This document shows positions 61,501 through 64,000 of a DNA stretch of 64,000 bases, in pieces. Under the pieces are notes generated by a model. It made no database searches, was not told the origin of the DNA, and worked only from the letters and a program-made list of their open reading frames with translations. The position numbers and the translations under genes were made by a program. Numbering within the stretch: the first letter of the stretch is position 1; each line of letters opens with the position of its first letter. This DNA is from Zancudomyces culisetae HAW-14-8 (taxonomy: Eukaryota > Fungi > Kickxellomycota): assembly GCA_052426225.1 (NCBI GenBank), contig JBNJNM010000015.1, positions 1,054,001 to 1,118,000 on the forward strand, in the 5' to 3' direction.

Positions 61501-64000
61501 CAACAGAGTGTTAAAGAGGGAGGGATTAAGGAAGGAGGGTCACCACAATCAATTCCATTGGCTATGGTGAGTGCAAATGGAAGGATGATGGCAGAGACAG
61601 GAGGAATAGAAAATTCATTAGCAAGTACAATAACGACAGCAACGGGAACAGGAACAGGGACAGGAACAGTAACAGTAACAGGAAAGAAAAAGCGGCAAAG
61701 TGTAGGGGAAGGGGGAGGAGGAGCAGGAGGAGGCGGGGTGACGAAAAAGAAGCGAATGGAGATGACAGAGTTTGGAAATGCAGAGGTGGCGGCCGAATTG
61801 ATGTTTTTTGAGCGGGTTAAGCGATATATAGGCAAAAACAGCACATATAACGAGTTTTTGAAACTATTGAATTTGTATAACCAAGAGATTCTGGACGACC
61901 GAGGGCTTGTTGAGCGGGCGGAAGGGTTTATTGGAGGAGATGTAGAGTTGTTTGGATGGTTTAAAGCGTTTGTAGGATATGGAAATATTTCAACAACAGA
62001 AGGAATAGGAGGAATGGGAGTTGGAGTTGGAGCTGGAATGGGAGTAGGAACAGGAGTGGGAGTGGGAGTGGGAGTGGGAGTAGAAGAGTATAATGAACGA
62101 GTTCAGAGATATGTTGGAGGAGTTGCAGCAGCATTAGATTACCGAGATGTACAAGCAGACCTTGCAATGCCAAGCAGCGAACGACCCATACTGGACAAGT
62201 GTAAAGCGTATGGACCAAGCTATCGGTTATTACCCGAGGCAGGAACAGGAGCAGGAGGAGCAGGAGGAGGAGCAGGAATCCACGAGCTAAAGTGTTCAGG
62301 ACGTGATGCTATGTGTTGGGAAGTGTTGAACGATGACTGGGCTTCATTTCCTACCACTGCTTCCGAAGAAGTTGTTGAGAATCCCCAACACCGCAAAAAC
62401 ACTTATGAAGAAGCCTTGTTTAAATGCGAAGAAGACCGACACGAGCTGGACATCGAAATCGAAACAAACATGTCCACCATCCGCCTGCTGACTTCCATAG
62501 TCAACCAGGTTGAGTCCATGACTCCTGAGGAGAGAGACCGCCTGCAACTGCCTTATGGCCTCGGCGGCTACTCCGAAGCTCTCCCCCGTCGCGCTCTCAA
62601 AAAGGTCTATGATCCTCAGCGTGCTTTGGAAATCATGGAGGCTCTACACACCCACCCTGCTGTAGTTGCTCCCATAGTTTTGCGTCGTCTGCAACAAAAG
62701 GACGAAGAGTGGCGGCGGCAGCGGCGCGAATTGGCTCGAGTGTGGCGCGAAGTCGAAGCTAAAAACTATTACAAATCGCTGGACCACCAAGCCTCGTTCT
62801 TCAAAGCCAATGACCGCAAACTGGTCAGTGCAAAACAGTTTATTACCGAAATCGAACAGGTCGAATCTCAACTATTTCGACTTTATCCTTCTAATTCTTC
62901 TCCAAATTTCAATCCAAATCCAAATCCAAATTCCACTTTAAATTCCACTCCAAGTATTAATACAAACACCAATTCTGATTCCATTTCCTCAGTTGGTTTT
63001 GCTTACCAACTAGTCTATCCATTTTGTGATACTTCTTCTCTATCTACTACCAATCCTTCTACCTCTCAACTAATTCTATCTGATATCTTTTCCCTCATCA
63101 TCTCTTATATTGAGTATTCTCCTTCCTATTTTGCTCATGAAAAAGTCGAAATGAAACGTTTTATTGTCGATTTTGCTTCTTCTTTTTTCTCTATTGATTT
63201 ATCTCCTTCCTCTTCCCTTTCTCCTTCCTCTTCATCATCTTCCCCTTCATCTCACTCTCCTTCTTTTTCTTCTTCTTTACCTCAAAATGAAAATAACAAC
63301 AACAATAACAAGAATGATATAAAAGAAAAGGAAAAAGAAAAAGAAAAATCTCAACCTCAACATCAACACCAACACCAACCTCTAGTCAACCATCTTACTA
63401 GTCTTGATGAATTATCTAAAATCACCTGGGTAAATGGAAACCCTTCCGACCATGATTTTGATTCTTCTAAAATCGGTTCAATCTTTTATACAAACTCTGT
63501 CTTTTATGTTTTATTCAGACTACTTCAACTCGCCTATTCTCGTTTTCTTGATATCAAATCAAACTCGGCTGATTTTCAATCTAAACGTCAAACTGTTGTA
63601 TCCACTACTCAACAAATTGATGATCTAAAGACCAACTCCAACTCTAACTCCAATTCAAATTCCAATTCCAATGTCAATACTTCTTGGAATGATTCTCCTG
63701 CTTTTCAACTCAACTACTTGTCTATTCCCACTGCTCTTAAACATTATTTCCACAAAAATTATCTTGTTACTGGTAATCTTGATTTCTATGACATTTTTGT
63801 ACAAATCCTAACCAGTTTTCTAATTGGAAACAACTCTTCTCCTGTTTCTACTTCTAATTTTGTTCCTACCACCACCACCACTACTACTACTACCACCGCT
63901 ACTGCTACTGCTACTGCTACCACCACCACTACCACTACTATCACTACCACTACCCCAAATCCTAACCTTACCCCTATTCCCACCCCAACTCCAACTCCAA
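58501..64000 (+). CDS. SIN3: Sin3 transcriptional corepressor (partial, runs off window; >1830 aa, no intron so far)
   Basis: Open frame from ATG 58501. PAH1 DALTYLDKVK..IYNEFL..FNTFLPPGY (~60090), PAH2 EFNQAIHFVNKIKTRF (~60970), PAH3 FFERVKRYIG (~61800), and HID YGPSYRLLP..CSGRD..VLND..YEEALFKCEEDRHELD. Confidence 0.96.
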   Translation, partial: MEQEPEEGELVVRDNVQQEGGKESGEKTKVEVKEGMETGEVEVEAKVKTGVEVELEVERKLDQNKDKDKDKSNENDMEMEEGEEPELEENVNEVGMEKKEHKEKKEQEEKRQGMEMKEEEEEEEEGEMKEEKTIEEEKKEESKEQMIIQNGDEKEQEQQKEQKRGAEKEEGEETVKIQTPLQTPIQEMEIEQHDKEKKEEKEEEKEERAQPVEDKEQEKEKEEQIKEQSEKEGEEVEEKQKERKEETGVKEVVQEQIETKEKEIEEVEMESVERVEQKVEEKMEEKVEQKVEEKMEEKVEEGQEKGKEQEQGQEVMQVEQKEEEEEEKIEEKEKKEEVEEKEESEKEGKTEIVVEEKQEEREKQKEETEVNVEKEEKEKEKEKEKNETKEEEEKKREEDKGELSRKRKTDEEHGKEKEKEKEKEVGEKKGEGEIERSEKKRKTGEEGKGKEKEKEKEESGQVGVGEKGGGKKQTGGGRGQGGNRKQGGKGGRGGAAGVGVGAGAGAGAGKGDSLDESRGVGATGKPLNVRDALTYLDKVKLQFLQQPDIYNEFLAIMKDFKSNNIDTPGVIDRVSTLFRGHPNLIQGFNTFLPPGYLIECTENPYEPVRVTTPMEKREEVEGKVKGRGRGKGSKAAAAGGGGGAAGQGRMKEALGEGGVGMYGGMYGGVYGAGVVGQPQQPLQQQQQQQQQIQPHPHPHAQVQVQPQIQPQIQPHPQPHPQPQPHPHAHAHAQVQSQVQVQVQPQLQVQQPQIQPQIQPQIQPQLQQVMGGVGYGSEYGHGHGHGHAHGGYEMDYDASRMYRNEEAEVGGHGVVVHPIKQHPTEFNQAIHFVNKIKTRFSSEPEKYREFLEILQTYQRENRPIQEVYGKMRVLFDGTPDLLEEFTQFLPEEAPPVGGGGGGGGGGGGLGVGVGVAPSEEGGAAMMMMGGRQVIGGINEEEEEKKKREGGVGVGVGVGIGEVGGKQQGRKRGIAAKTETTGKRMPIVGSFTAVAAQQQQQQQQSVKEGGIKEGGSPQSIPLAMVSANGRMMAETGGIENSLASTITTATGTGTGTGTVTVTGKKKRQSVGEGGGGAGGGGVTKKKRMEMTEFGNAEVAAELMFFERVKRYIGKNSTYNEFLKLLNLYNQEILDDRGLVERAEGFIGGDVELFGWFKAFVGYGNISTTEGIGGMGVGVGAGMGVGTGVGVGVGVGVEEYNERVQRYVGGVAAALDYRDVQADLAMPSSERPILDKCKAYGPSYRLLPEAGTGAGGAGGGAGIHELKCSGRDAMCWEVLNDDWASFPTTASEEVVENPQHRKNTYEEALFKCEEDRHELDIEIETNMSTIRLLTSIVNQVESMTPEERDRLQLPYGLGGYSEALPRRALKKVYDPQRALEIMEALHTHPAVVAPIVLRRLQQKDEEWRRQRRELARVWREVEAKNYYKSLDHQASFFKANDRKLVSAKQFITEIEQVESQLFRLYPSNSSPNFNPNPNPNSTLNSTPSINTNTNSDSISSVGFAYQLVYPFCDTSSLSTTNPSTSQLILSDIFSLIISYIEYSPSYFAHEKVEMKRFIVDFASSFFSIDLSPSSSLSPSSSSSSPSSHSPSFSSSLPQNENNNNNNKNDIKEKEKEKEKSQPQHQHQHQPLVNHLTSLDELSKITWVNGNPSDHDFDSSKIGSIFYTNSVFYVLFRLLQLAYSRFLDIKSNSADFQSKRQTVVSTTQQIDDLKTNSNSNSNSNSNSNVNTSWNDSPAFQLNYLSIPTALKHYFHKNYLVTGNLDFYDIFVQILTSFLIGNNSSPVSTSNFVPTTTTTTTTTTATATATATTTTTTTITTTTPNPNLTPIPTPTPTP
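59323..59400 (+). repeat. 36-bp coding tandem repeat (VEQKVEEKMEEK x2) in SIN3 N-terminus
   Basis: GTGGAACAGAAAGTGGAAGAGAAGATGGAAGAGAAA occurs twice exactly. Confidence 0.85.

Noticed and set aside
58463-61844. Long minus-strand ORFs rich in F/S/L/P (e.g. 58470-60248)
   Set aside because: Antisense shadows of the purine-rich SIN3 coding strand, which is poor in reverse-strand stops.

Overview
AT-rich, gene-dense eukaryotic DNA from a fungus. Class IV chitin synthase, kexin, short GT-AG introns and lineage-specific ankyrin genes suggest an early-diverging, possibly Harpellales/Kickxellomycotina-type genome (inference). Housekeeping genes: KEX2, inositol polyphosphate 5-phosphatase, Dal5-family MFS permease, RPS22/uS8, class II eIF4E, mitochondrial phosphate carrier, TANGO2, SCCPDH-like oxidoreductase, GDE1-like phosphodiesterase, OSH3, CHS3-type chitin synthase, and SIN3 (absent from the ORF track because it runs off the right edge). 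An accessory block at ~15-26 kb holds a decayed secreted-protein gene, an F-box-like/ankyrin gene broken by in-frame TAA stops, an ankyrin relic, a long 34-Cys metallothionein and a 5'-truncated LINE. Two signals stand out. (1) The 869-nt 5'-UTR intron of RPS22 is almost fully tiled with hairpins and ends in an H/ACA-like hairpin-ACA module, pointing to a large unannotated intronic ncRNA; its 5' splice site resembles 18S helix 21, the uS8 binding site. (2) A saw-tooth purine/pyrimidine skew flips inside long genes (sharply in SIN3), persists across convergent gene boundaries and tracks the composition of low-complexity protein inserts. All calls were made by eye, without searches or folding software.
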